This document shows positions 38,284 through 49,600 of a stretch of DNA of 64,000 nt, in pieces. The DNA is from Eledone cirrhosa. Its lineage: Eukaryota. The notes beneath the pieces are model-generated. The model was not told where the DNA came from, did no database searches, and saw only the letters and a program-made list of their open reading frames with translations. The stretch spans positions 21,886,001 to 21,950,000 of the forward strand of contig OZ024755.1 in assembly GCA_964016885.1 (NCBI GenBank), read 5' to 3'. Position numbers and translations under genes: made by a program. Every line of letters begins with the position of its first letter. Position 1 is the stretch's first letter.

Positions 38284-39778
38284 TTCCCACACTATCATGG
38301 GCAGGACGCGCTGTTTTGTTGTGAGACATCCAGGTTGGAGGACTGTTTTGCTCACACAGAACTGATTTGGGTCTGGTTTCTACGACTGGATGCCCTTCCT
38401 AACGCCAACCACATTTACAGTGTGTACTGGGTGATTTTTGTTGTGACACCTGCACGACCACTTTATAGTGTGGGCTGGCCGCTTTTTATCATGACTCCTA
38501 CACAACTGCTTTACTGTGTGGTTTGGATACTTTTGTCATGACAATTACATGATCATTGTACTGCATAGACTGGGCACTTTTTGTCGTGACTTCAAGTTGA
38601 CAACTTTATGGAGTGGATTAGGGACTTGGGTGGGGGAGTTGCATGGGGAATTGGGGAGGTAGATATAAGGATGAAGTGATTACAGCGAGGGAAGTGCATG
38701 GGAGGGGTTATATCTCTCATAATTTAGGTGACTAAGTATCAGTCATTAAACATTTTGTAGGTATGAGATGTGAATTAGAAACAGACAATATCCATAGTAG
38801 AACTTACTATGAAGACCATTGGTGTAATGAAAGGAATAATGACGGGGAAAAGCAATATTGTACAAAACCCTTTAATATCTGAAATGTTAGATGCTATTTT
38901 TCTAGTTGATGTTAGTTGCCTATATATCAGTATGAAAGTCACACATTGGAAAGCAACAGAAAGCTGAGATTTATCATCATTTAAAGACTGCTTTCTCTTC
39001 TAGGAAGGGTTGGACAGGGCTACATAGATCAAGTCAGCTCTGAAGTGGGGCTACTGACCTCAGACAGGTCTAGGGCTCTGCATTTTGCTTACGTAGTCAT
39101 GCGTTTTATTGAGTGCACAGACGTCGTGTCTTTTGACACAACTGAAGGGTCTTCTCAACCCCTTGTTTGACAAGCTTTCTATGGCTGGATACCCTTCCTA
39201 TCACCAACCACTTTACAGTGTGCATTGGGTGCATTTATTGTGTAGATCACCAACACTAGGAAGGTTGTCATATCCTTGACTCAACTGAAGGGTCCTTCTA
39301 ACCCTTTGTTTAGTAGGCGTTCTACATCTATATAGTTGGAAATATTTATTGTAGTCGAGTTAGAGAAGGATATATTTCATTGGTAATTTATGATAAAGGA
39401 TGAGAACTAAATCATCACCATTAATGTTTCTCGAAATATAATTTCAGTACATGCCTAGACTTTAGCTACTGAAATACTTCAGATCATTATAGTATTAATC
39501 TGAAGACATCTTTTAAATTTAACATCACCATTGTTTTTACATCTGCTTTCCCATGTTTTGTCACCTCTTGTAACATACAGGGATATGTCATACTTATTTT
39601 AAAACCTAGTATGCACATGGATAAAACTGTCACACACACACACACACGCACATGTAAAATCATACATCGAAACCACCAATCATGAACTGAACAACCACTC
39701 AATACATATAAACAGAGTGTAGGTTTTATTGTTTGAAGTAAAAGGTGGTAGTGACTTCAGAATTGCACTGAACAGACT

Positions 39779-39877
39779 CATCATCATCATCATCGTCGTC
39801 ATTATCATCATTATCGTCATCGTTGTCGTCATTATCATCATCATCATCATCATTATTGCCATTATCATCATTATCGT
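39779..39877. repeat. Degenerate (CAT)n trinucleotide repeat; similar tracts at 868-960, 35450-35580, 38248-38283
   Basis: Direct observation. Confidence 0.9.
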
Positions 39878-40048
39878 CAGTCGGATGCCATGCTTTGCAG
39901 TAAAGAGTTATGGCCCTTTATGGTCTGAGTTCAAATCCCACCGAGGTTAACTTTGCCTTTCATCCTTACGAGGTCGATAAAATAAAGTACCAGTAATACA
40001 CTGGGATAATTGCTGGCCTTGTGTCAAAAAAGTAGAAACAATTATTAT
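39878..40048 (+). mobile_element. SINE, 5'-truncated, abutting a (CAT)n tract
   Basis: Family core and tail. Confidence 0.85.
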
Positions 40049-40984
40049 TTTATATTTGCTGCCTTTCCATGCTTGTATGGGGAAATCTAAAATTTGGAAG
40101 TTACTGCCATCTTTTTCTTTGATAAAATACTATACACACATGTTGGGCTTCCTCATGCTGTGGGATAAAACCTGAAGCCTGACACCATGTGGTTATGAAG
40201 CAAACTTCTTAACTGCACAGTTATGCCTGAATCTAGACACTTTCATATATTTATCCTTATAAGGAGTTAAATGCATTATTATTTTGTCATCATTACTTTT
40301 ATTATAATTTTTAAAAGTTACCTTTTAATATAATTTATTATATCTTTTTCTTATTAAGAAGAGATATATTTTGATGTCTTGTTCTTTTCTCCAGTTTTGG
40401 TTTACAATGAATTGGTAAAGTAATTAGGTATGAGCTGCTTTTTATTTCAAGATAAGTTATCATTAACTAAGGAACTCTCTGTTTAGTTAAAACAGACCTT
40501 ACAAAAATATACCTTCTAAATGCGCTTGTTCTTTATATGTAGATGTTATTATTATAATGAAAGATTAGAAATGTTAGTCTAATCTAAAATCAGGAAATAT
40601 TGAACAGGAATTAAATCTTAGTAATATATAATATGTAGTTTCTTTGGTTCGATCTGACGAGTTCCACCTTACTCAGTAAACGAATGAGGTCTGGCATCTT
40701 GTTATTTCAGATTAATTGATTTATTGATTTCAGCTATGGAGGAAAAAAAAAATGTATAGAAGGTTACAGTCATTAAGTCCTTGTCATGAAAATGAGACAA
40801 AATATTCTCCTCTATTTAAACCATGTACCCTAATTGTTGCAGCTCATTAGAATATGTGAAAATAAAATAATTACATGTGTATTGTCTTAATGAATAATTT
40901 TTCTATGGGCTAGTAAGAGGTGGATGGACAGTGCCCATAATTTTTTCAGACTTGATTTTTATAAAAATAATAATAATTATGAAA

Positions 40985-41510
40985 ATTATTGTATGCAGTG
41001 CTCAAGTGCACTACAACTCATCAAAGGTGCATGTATAGTACATAGAATAATGTACAAATGTCAGGAAAGTGAACAGTGTATGAGTCATGATATACACACA
41101 GACACATATACGTGCATGTGTATGGAGGGGGAATATCAGGTGTAGTGTTGATGAATTTTGGGAAGCATATATGTTGTGAAGGATGCAGTGTCTCAACAGC
41201 TAACAACTGATACAGGTAGTTTGTTCCATGCTTCAGCAACTCTGAGCATAAAAAAATGTTTGTGAAAGGCATGGGAGCTGTACTCTTTTCTGATTTTGCA
41301 AGCATGTCCACGGGTGTTAGACATATGGAATTCAAAAAGGTGCCCAGGGTTGTTGTTGAAAAGATGGTTAATAATCTTGTGGGTATCTACCAAGTCAGTT
41401 GCCAGATGTCTGAGCTTTAATGTATCTATGCCCAGAGAAGCAAGGAATTCAGAGTATGGTAGATGCCCAATGGAGGGTATTCGTTTGGTTGCACGTCTCT
41501 GAACAGTTTC
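40985..41510 (-). mobile_element. CR1-like LINE 3' end
   Basis: Minus strand HKIINH...TRGHACK...FFMLRVAEAWNKLP, typical CR1-group C-terminus; AAT-rich tail near 40965-40990. Confidence 0.78.
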
Positions 41511-42462
41511 CAGGAGATCAATCTATAGATGACATGGAACGGGAGAAATTTGAAGTGGGAACAGTTTCCAGGTGATCAATTTATAGATGACATGGAGTGG
41601 GAGAAATTTGAAGTGGGTAGTAATTCTGAGGAGGAAGTATTGTGTAAATTAGTTTAGTAGAGTTTTCACATTTAGTAACTTTGCGTATATGTGGTATCAG
41701 CTAATGATCATGTAGGTTATGGTATTAAATTGATACAGACAGTTTAGAAGAGTTAATGATCTGGACCCTGTGTCAGCAGTATTGATGTGACAAAAGTGTG
41801 ATGAATGAGGGGCGTTGGGAGATAGAAGGTCACTAAGAATAATGACTAGAGGGAGAGAGATATGGAGGACAAGATATAGTTGAATAGCTACTGGTGGTTA
41901 TAGGTGTCTGGAGAGTAGCAGAGATGTAGGTGGAGAGAAAGAGAGATAGGAGGGGAGGGAGAGAGAGGACAAGACCATATAGTTAAATAGCTGCTGATGG
42001 TTATAGGAGTCTGGAGGGATGTACAAATGAGGATTCATAAATTTTATTTTTTAAATAAGTTTACACTGTCAACCATGTTGGACAGTATTTACTTGGGAAT
42101 TGAGAAATATTGTCACATGAAATTCTCTTAAATATTTTGTCCCTAGATAATCTATTTATGTATCAGTTTGTTAGATAATATCCTTGCTATTGGTAAACCT
42201 TACCTTCTAGAACAACAACCCTTATATAAACTAAGTGGCTTATTTTAAGTTACCAGATCACATTGAAATGTTACTATCCAAACAAGTTATTCTAATTTAC
42301 ACCAGTTCTTCTAATTACTAATACAGATGTGTTATTTTTGTTTAAAGTACCCAATAATTGAAATCTCAGTTTAAATTCCATAGATTTCAAATTTTAATCC
42401 CTTCAGTAACATTCCTAAGACATTCGATGATAATAACTAGAAAACTAATTGAATGAGATTGC

Positions 42463-42741
42463 TTAACTCTTTTTTGACAATGTTTCTAATGAAATTTAAT
42501 TTATTTTGAAATAAATCCAAAATTTGGAGGAGTTTAGTAACATAACCAACTTGGTCATTATTATATTCTGATTGGAACATAATTTATTAAAATATTTCTT
42601 ACATAAAATTATGATGAAAGGTATATAATTTAAATAGAAATACTTTAAAATATTTTGAAGGTTTTAATTTAAATAGGAAACCTTTTAATATAGGTACTTT
42701 TGTTTAATAAAACCAGGGGTTGTTTTGAGCAAAAGGGTTAA
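42463..42741. mobile_element. Old AT-rich piggyBac-like MITE; relatives at about 20255-20550, 21400-21650, 34640-34740, 58390-58646 and split copy 46350-52255
   Basis: TTAACTCTTTT...AAAAGGGTTAA ends and shared internal AAATTATGATG(G/A)AAGG. Confidence 0.6.
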
Positions 42742-43677
42742 TTACACCCGTTTATTCTTCTGAGTTGAAATCTAGTTGGGGTTGTATTAGTCTTTCATCT
42801 GTCAAGTCAATAAAATTAGTAGCAGTCAAGTACTAAAATGTATTTAATCAGCTGTGCCTTCTCATAAAGTTTGTGGTCTTAAGTCAAAGTTTAAAAATCA
42901 ATATGGCAATATGATTTTTATCAAGTAATCAGTAATTCTTTACTAATCTCAATTTGATAAACTAACCTGTAATTTCTTATTTACTAGTTTACCGACATTA
43001 ACCTTACTTTTTGGTAGTAATAAATACACATAACTTGTGCACTTACCAACTTTTGACCTTCTCTGCTTTTTATATTAAACATTTAGCTAACGAAGGATTT
43101 TCTTAGCTCTTTATCCATCTGTATTTCTTCAAAAGCCTGCATATATTCTTCCATTTCTCTATCTTGTGCTAAGTTTATCTGATAGGCAGTTTTATTCGAT
43201 ACCTATGTTTTTAATACTAGAGAGCAGAGTATATTATATTGGGATAAATAATGATAGATCTGATAGTTTACAAGACGTTTTTAAATAGTTTTTATAGAAG
43301 TGGCCTCCTTTTATTCTAGGTTTTTTTTATTGTGTAAGGTTGGAACTTTACTAAGTTGCAACAAGAAAAATAATTTAAAATTGTGTTATAAATGTTTTTA
43401 TTTACCAGTGTTTTAATAATATAAACATCTTTATATTTGTTGAAAGAATACAGTGTCACATTCATACCACAACATAAATTAGGTAAAAATAATACTTTTG
43501 ATTAATAATAATTTAATCTTTTTGAAAGTATATTTGGTGTTAGGAAAAAAATAATAATATAACATTATGTTGAATATTTTTGAAAACCACCATATAATTA
43601 TAAAAGTTTTCATACACCAAATATGAACTATTTGGATGTCTTGTATTTGAATTAATTTTCATTTTAATTTTCTTTAG

Positions 43678-43821
43678 GTTCAGCAATTTAGTAACAAATC
43701 CACAGACATGTCACTGCGAGTTGCATCGTTGGAATATCTTGGTATTGTTGCAGCAAGGTTACGTAGGGATGCAATAGCTAGTCATATGGACCAGGAAACT
43801 GTAAATGATATTGTTGAGAAG
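43678..43821 (+). CDS. NIPBL: NIPBL exon (VQQFSNKSTDMSLRVASLEYLGIVAARLRRDA...)
   Basis: Highly conserved; phase 0 to 0. Confidence 0.96.
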
Positions 43822-44228
43822 GTAAATTGTTGTCTTTGGGATGTAACCAGACTCACTTAATTTTAATAACTAAATCGCTAAGGTTAGATTTAAATTATTT
43901 TGAAACCCCCCTCTCCTCCCATAATTTCTTTTCAAATGGTACAGAAAATATATATTCTATGTTTACTTTACAATACTTATTTCAATACTTATTTCAATGT
44001 TGAATAATGAGATTGTTACTGCTAATCTTCCTTGGTGATTGATCCAAGGAATATCTTTGCTATATCCACTTAATTAATTATTCTTTACCTGTAGTGTATT
44101 CTGATTGGACTATTATCAATGTTTTTATTTTCTTTACCTGTTAAGTATACTGTCTAAACCAATTTTATTTGGAGTAGATACAATATATATATATATATAT
44201 ATTTTTTTTTTTTTCTTTTCTTTTCTAG

Positions 44229-44267
44229 ATGATGTTTTCAGGTCCTGATAGAAAAGATTCATCATTG
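44229..44267 (+). CDS. NIPBL: NIPBL candidate symmetric microexon, 39 nt (MMFSGPDRKDSSL)
   Basis: Very long T tract + ctag, GTAAAT donor, phase 0 to 0; falls in a variable loop. Confidence 0.65.
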
Positions 44268-44718
44268 GTAAATAATTCCTTTTATTCTTTTATTGTTTTT
44301 AAATTTAACAACTATCTTTAAAACCATAATTCTGTAAGTAAGTATTAATATAATATTTTATAAAATTTCGTATTTAAGTCATTGTTAAATTATATAAAAC
44401 AAGAGGCAAGGGTTTGACCCCCATGTCTGCTGATACCCATCTGTTTCTGTTCAGTGGGTTGTTATACCCTGTTATTATTAGACCATTTTATTTATTCAAA
44501 AGCCTTCTGTTTCAATTTTTAAACTGTCTGCCACTTTCTAAACATAATTCCTTATATAAAATATTTATATGCCAGCAACAGGAGTTATTATTGATATTTT
44601 CAATATTTCTAAACATATAGCTTAGTGAATAAATTTTTGCTTATTGAAATTAAATTTTATAAATTTTTTTGTTAATAATTTGAAAACATTTCTTTATGAT
44701 AATACTCATGTGTTTCAG

Positions 44719-44814
44719 TTGAATATGGATAACGATTATAGGCAAACAGAAAGTTTACAAAGAGCGTTATTAGATTATCTTGCTGAAAATGGACAAAGAG
44801 AACCAGCTTTATTA
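44719..44814 (+). CDS. NIPBL: NIPBL exon (LQRALLDYLAENGQREPALL)
   Basis: Resembles LQKALLDYLDEN; phase 0 to 0. Confidence 0.94.
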
Positions 44815-45177
44815 GTAAGATATTATTATTTTGTTTGATTTGATCTGATGTAATTTCTTATTGGTTGACAAGAAGTGTGATTGTATGATGTTCATGCATT
44901 TCTTGATAGAGCGAAGATGAAAGCTGTGTGAAAGTGGCACTGTGGTATAGGTAGCAATAGCTGTTACATATTGCTTTCTGAGAGGAGGAGAGCAAGTATT
45001 TAGATCATGGAGAGATGGAAAGTAATGACTGTCAGTTGATTGTTGAAGGAGCTTAATAAGAGAGTACAATATTTATTGCAGAACATTGCATCATTGCTTG
45101 TGATTAGAATATATTTACAATAAAAGAGAAAGGCTGCTGGAATTTTTAAACTAATGATTTAAACATTTTTTTTCCAG

Positions 45178-45383
45178 TTTTCTCGTTCATTTTACATTGC
45201 ACAATGGTATCGGGATACGGATATGGAAGCTGAAAAGTCATCAAAGAAAGAATCCAGAGCACAACAAGATGGTGATATTGAAGAAGTAGACAGATTAGCT
45301 GAAATTTTGACTGCTTCTGAAAGAAAGAAAAAGTTTTTGTTGTCAATGGTTCCTGTGAATCCCAAACCATTGGGAACTGTGAG
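45178..45383 (+). CDS. NIPBL: NIPBL exon (FSRSFYIAQWYRD...ERKKKFL)
   Basis: Conserved FYIAQW; phase 0 to 2. Confidence 0.95.
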
Positions 45384-45676
45384 GTAGAGTTTCTTTTATA
45401 TCACTCATCAATGTTTAATGACATATTTATTGTAAATTAGTTTTGATTATAAACTTTACGATTACGAGACAAACACCCTAACCATTAAGCCACGCAGTGT
45501 CATGCTAACTATATGTTAAACTGTTATAAAGCAGTGGATGTATTAAAATGAGTTAATTTCAATGAAATTTATTTCTGAAAATTCTGAGTAATAGAACTGA
45601 AATAATAGACAGATGGTAAAAATGAATGTATAAATTGTTTTAAAAGTCAAATCTTGTTTGTTTCATTTCTAAACAG

Positions 45677-45779
45677 GACATCAAACTACTTACTTGGTTA
45701 TCAAGAGTCTTGTCTTTCAGCTTGTTATTTGAGTTCAAAAAGACCTTTTGCACAGAGCTTTGATATATATTTGACTCAG
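45677..45779 (+). CDS. NIPBL: NIPBL exon (YLSSKRPFAQSFDIYLTQ)
   Basis: Highly conserved; phase 2 to 0. Confidence 0.95.
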
Positions 45780-46049
45780 GTATGATATTAAATTAAACAT
45801 TTCTTATACAGTATATAATTTTAAACAGGAATATATTGTTTGTTCTTACAAAAATATTGCTTGTTTGATTAAAAAAATTGAGTGTGTAGTGTAGTTTAAA
45901 GTTTTAGAATTGAAATTTTTTTTAAAAATCAACTTATAGTATCACTGATTTAAGATATAATTGATTATCCAAAATTCAGTATTTATTTTAGAGAAGATAT
46001 TATATAATTTATAAAATATATTTCAGTTATTGTTCTATATAATGGATTC

Positions 46050-46262
46050 TGATTTAAACACAAGGCCAACAATTTTGGTTGAGGGGAAAGTCAATTAAAC
46101 CTACCCCAGTGCGTTACTGGTACTTTATTTTATTAACCCCCGTAAGGATGAAAGGCAAAGCTAATCTCAGCAGGATTTGAACTCAGAACGTAAATGGTTG
46201 TAACTCTATGTTGCAAAGCATGACACCCAATGCTCTGCTGACACTGCCAATTCACCATCCTT
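46050..46262 (-). mobile_element. SINE, long form
   Basis: Reverse-complement core GTAAGGATGAAAGGCAAAG...TTTGAACTCAG. Confidence 0.85.
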
Positions 46263-46382
46263 AGTTCTATGTAAGGAATTTCATTTTCCATCAGTTTTTC
46301 ATCAAAATAAGTTATAATTATAGTGAAATAAAATTTAGTTACACACTTATTAATCATTTTAATAGAATATTTTTAATGAAAT

Positions 46383-46629
46383 TAAACATTCATAACCTTC
46401 TATCTTAATTCTATCGTTTTCGTCCAATTCCTTAATTCTATCGTATTCTCAAACAAAAAAACAAAATCCTCCCCATTCTACTTATAAATTACTTTAAATA
46501 TATATAGTATGCTACTTGAAAGTCAAAAATCCGATCCACCCCTTCACCCTCCTTGCTTCTCCACGAGGGGGCTGCGGTCAGCCACAATATCTCCCCCCCC
46601 CTCTTTCTTCCCCTCTATCTCTCGCTTAG

Positions 46630-46670
<41 letters not shown>

Positions 46671-49600
46671 AGATAAGTTCTCCTTCATGTTTATCCACTT
46701 CGCCAATCCACCGCTGCTTCAATTATTTCTATGATGGACTCATGTAAATCGTAAAGTACAATACTTCTCTCCATTTCCACGCTCAATTCCGTACATAGTC
46801 CAAACAAACATCCAATCTCGCAAAATCCGAAATCTGTATTTTTTTGTTATCTATTTAAGGTTTAAATACGGTGTTTTTGTCGTATTGAACAGAACAAATC
46901 TTGCAGTTTTGCTTTTTGTTAAATCGCTTGTTAAACACTCATAACCTTCCAGCTAGCTAAAACATTCATAACCTTCCAGCTAGCTAAAACATTCATAACC
47001 TTCCAGCTAGCTACCCCACACCCCTCCCTCCCACCCCCACACGCCACCATACTTAATACGTGGACCAATCATAAGCCAGAGCCCCCCCCCCCCGCATCAC
47101 CACCATTATTATAAGCCAGAGCCCCCCCCACCCCCCACCCCCACGCATCACCATTATTATTATTACGCGGACCAAATCATAAGCCAGAGGCCTATACTAT
47201 CGCTTGCCCGGTTGCCTTCGATATATGATGGATGGATGGATGGACGGACGGACTGCGGAATCCTGGAGAGTGGAAGGGAGAGAAAAATCTGGACGCCCAG
47301 AGCGAAAATGCCAAAGTTAAAGTCAAATTCACCTCGTGGACGAGAATGCGAGCACTCCTCTTTGTTTCGTCCGCGGATGGCTAACATAACCCTATCTCCT
47401 CCCGCCCCCCACCACCCCCACCCTCCAAACGCAACCCAAAACTTCAGAGTTGGTACCATAAATGTAGGCACCCTAAAGGGTCGCGCTAACGAGGTTGTAG
47501 AAATGCTTGAACGTAAGGAGGTCGATGTTTGTTGTATTCAAGAGACCAGGTGGAGGGGTGGGTCTGCTAGATTCATTGAGGGTAAAAAACGATGTTATAA
47601 GCTTTTCTGGGTGGGAAACGACGATGGGCTGGGTGGAGTAGGAATCATGGTAGCAGAAAAGTGGGCAGATAAGATAATAGACGTAAATAGAGTGAACGAC
47701 AGAATAATTAAAATAAGACTTGTCCTCAATAGAACTACGGTGACAGTAATATCTGCGTACGCACCCCAATCCGGACTGCCCGGCACTATAAAAGACAGAT
47801 TCTATGAGACACTGTTGCTAACTACCTCCCAAATATCTGACAGTGACTATATAATTATTGCAGGCGACCTAAATGGTCACGTTGGACAACATTGTGACGG
47901 CTATGACGAAATCCATGGAGGCTATGGGTTTGGTACTAGAAATGAGGAAGGCTCCAGAATTCTGGAATACTGTGATGCAAATAACCTAACTATCTGTAAC
48001 ACTAACTTCAAAAAACGTGACAATCACCTGATTACCTATAGATCCGGGGAACACACAAGCCAGGTAGATTATATCCTTACCAGAAGACGTGACAGAGTGT
48101 CTGTTGTAAACACTAAATCCCTCCCCCATGAAGAATGCACCTCCCAACATAGACTGATAATTAGCGACCTCATAGTCAGGACGAGACGCACCCGACAGCA
48201 GAAGAGGACTATCCTCAGGAGGAAAATATGGAAACTAAAGGACCCCACAGCCAGAAATAAATTTCAAAGCATATTACTTGATGCTTTCGACAGTAAGGAA
48301 GAGCATCTAGAATCGGACAATATAGAGGGACAGTGGAAATTTCTGAAAGCAAACCTGCTGTTGGCGACAGACGAAGTCTGTGGCTGGAGCAGGCCTGTAG
48401 GCAGGAGGAGAGTAACATGGTGGTGGAACAATAGGGTGGAGGGGTCAATTAAGGCCAAAAAGCAGGCTTGGAAAGTATGGCGGGATGGGGGAAGTAGAGT
48501 AGACTATCAAGTGGCCAGGAGGGAAGCTAGGAGAGAAGTGTACTTAGCAAGAAGGGAAGCTGAGGAAAGAAAGTTCAAGCATGTTCTACAACGCGATGAC
48601 CAAAAACGTGAGGTGTTCAGGATTGCCAGGCAATGCGTCAAGGAAAACCGTGATATTGTCGGGGAGAAGTGTGTACTTAACGATGATGGCATACTTGCCA
48701 TCACCGACACTGATAAGAAGGTAGCTTGGAAGTGTCACTATGAAAGGCTACTAAATGAGGAAAATAAATGGGAGAAAGACAGTCTCCCCCTTATCGACCC
48801 GATAGAGGGACCAGCAGTGTTAGTCGAGGGGAGTATAATAAGTAAGGCAATCAAGGATATGAAGACTGGTAAGGCGGCTGGGCCTTCGGAAATAGTTGCT
48901 GAGATGCTGAAGGCATCTGGCACGGTGGGACACACCATGGTCACCCGCATAGTTAACCAAGTCGTACAGAATGGGGTTGTTCCGAAGGACTGGCATAGCA
49001 GCATCATCGTTAACTGTTATAAGGGTAAAGGAGACGCCCTAGATAGGAGTAACTATAGAGGCATTAAATTAATCGACCAGGTCATGAAGGTCACGGAAAA
49101 AGTAATAGCGCAACTAATCAGAGAGAGAATTGATCTAGATGAAATGCAGTTCGGGTTTGTGTCAGGCAAAAGCACCACAGACGCTCTTTTCATAGTACGA
49201 CAACTACAGGAGAAGTACCTAGCTAAAGGTAAACCCCTCTACTTAGCTTTTGTCGACCTGGAGAAAGCCTTCGACAGAGTCCCCCGCTCCATTATCTGGT
49301 GGGCTCTTAGAAAACTAGGCGTTGACGAATGGCTTGTGAGGGCTATACAAGCCATGTATAAAGAAACAGTCAGCAAGGTTAGAATTAACAACGAATATAG
49401 TGAAGAGTTTAGCGTAAAAGTTGGCGTCCATCAGGGCTCTGTTCTCAGCCCCCTACTATTTATTATTGCCCTTCAGGCTATAACAGAGGAGTTCAAGACA
49501 GGCTGCCCATGGGAACTCCTATACGCAGACGACCTGACACTCATAGCGGAATCAATGGCCGAGCTAGAGAAGAAATTCCAAACATGGAAGCACGGCCTAG

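Noticed and set aside
40636-40700. CTGACGA on the plus strand and CTGAGTA...GAAAC on the minus strand as another hammerhead
   Set aside because: Could not build convincing stems I-III on either strand.
41501-41616. 58-bp direct duplication at the CR1-like fragment's truncation point
   Set aside because: Simple local tandem duplication with no evidence of function.
48139-48153. SQH instead of SDH at the last endonuclease motif as an inactivating mutation
   Set aside because: QHR at this position is, from recall, common in RTE-type endonucleases, so it is not evidence of decay.
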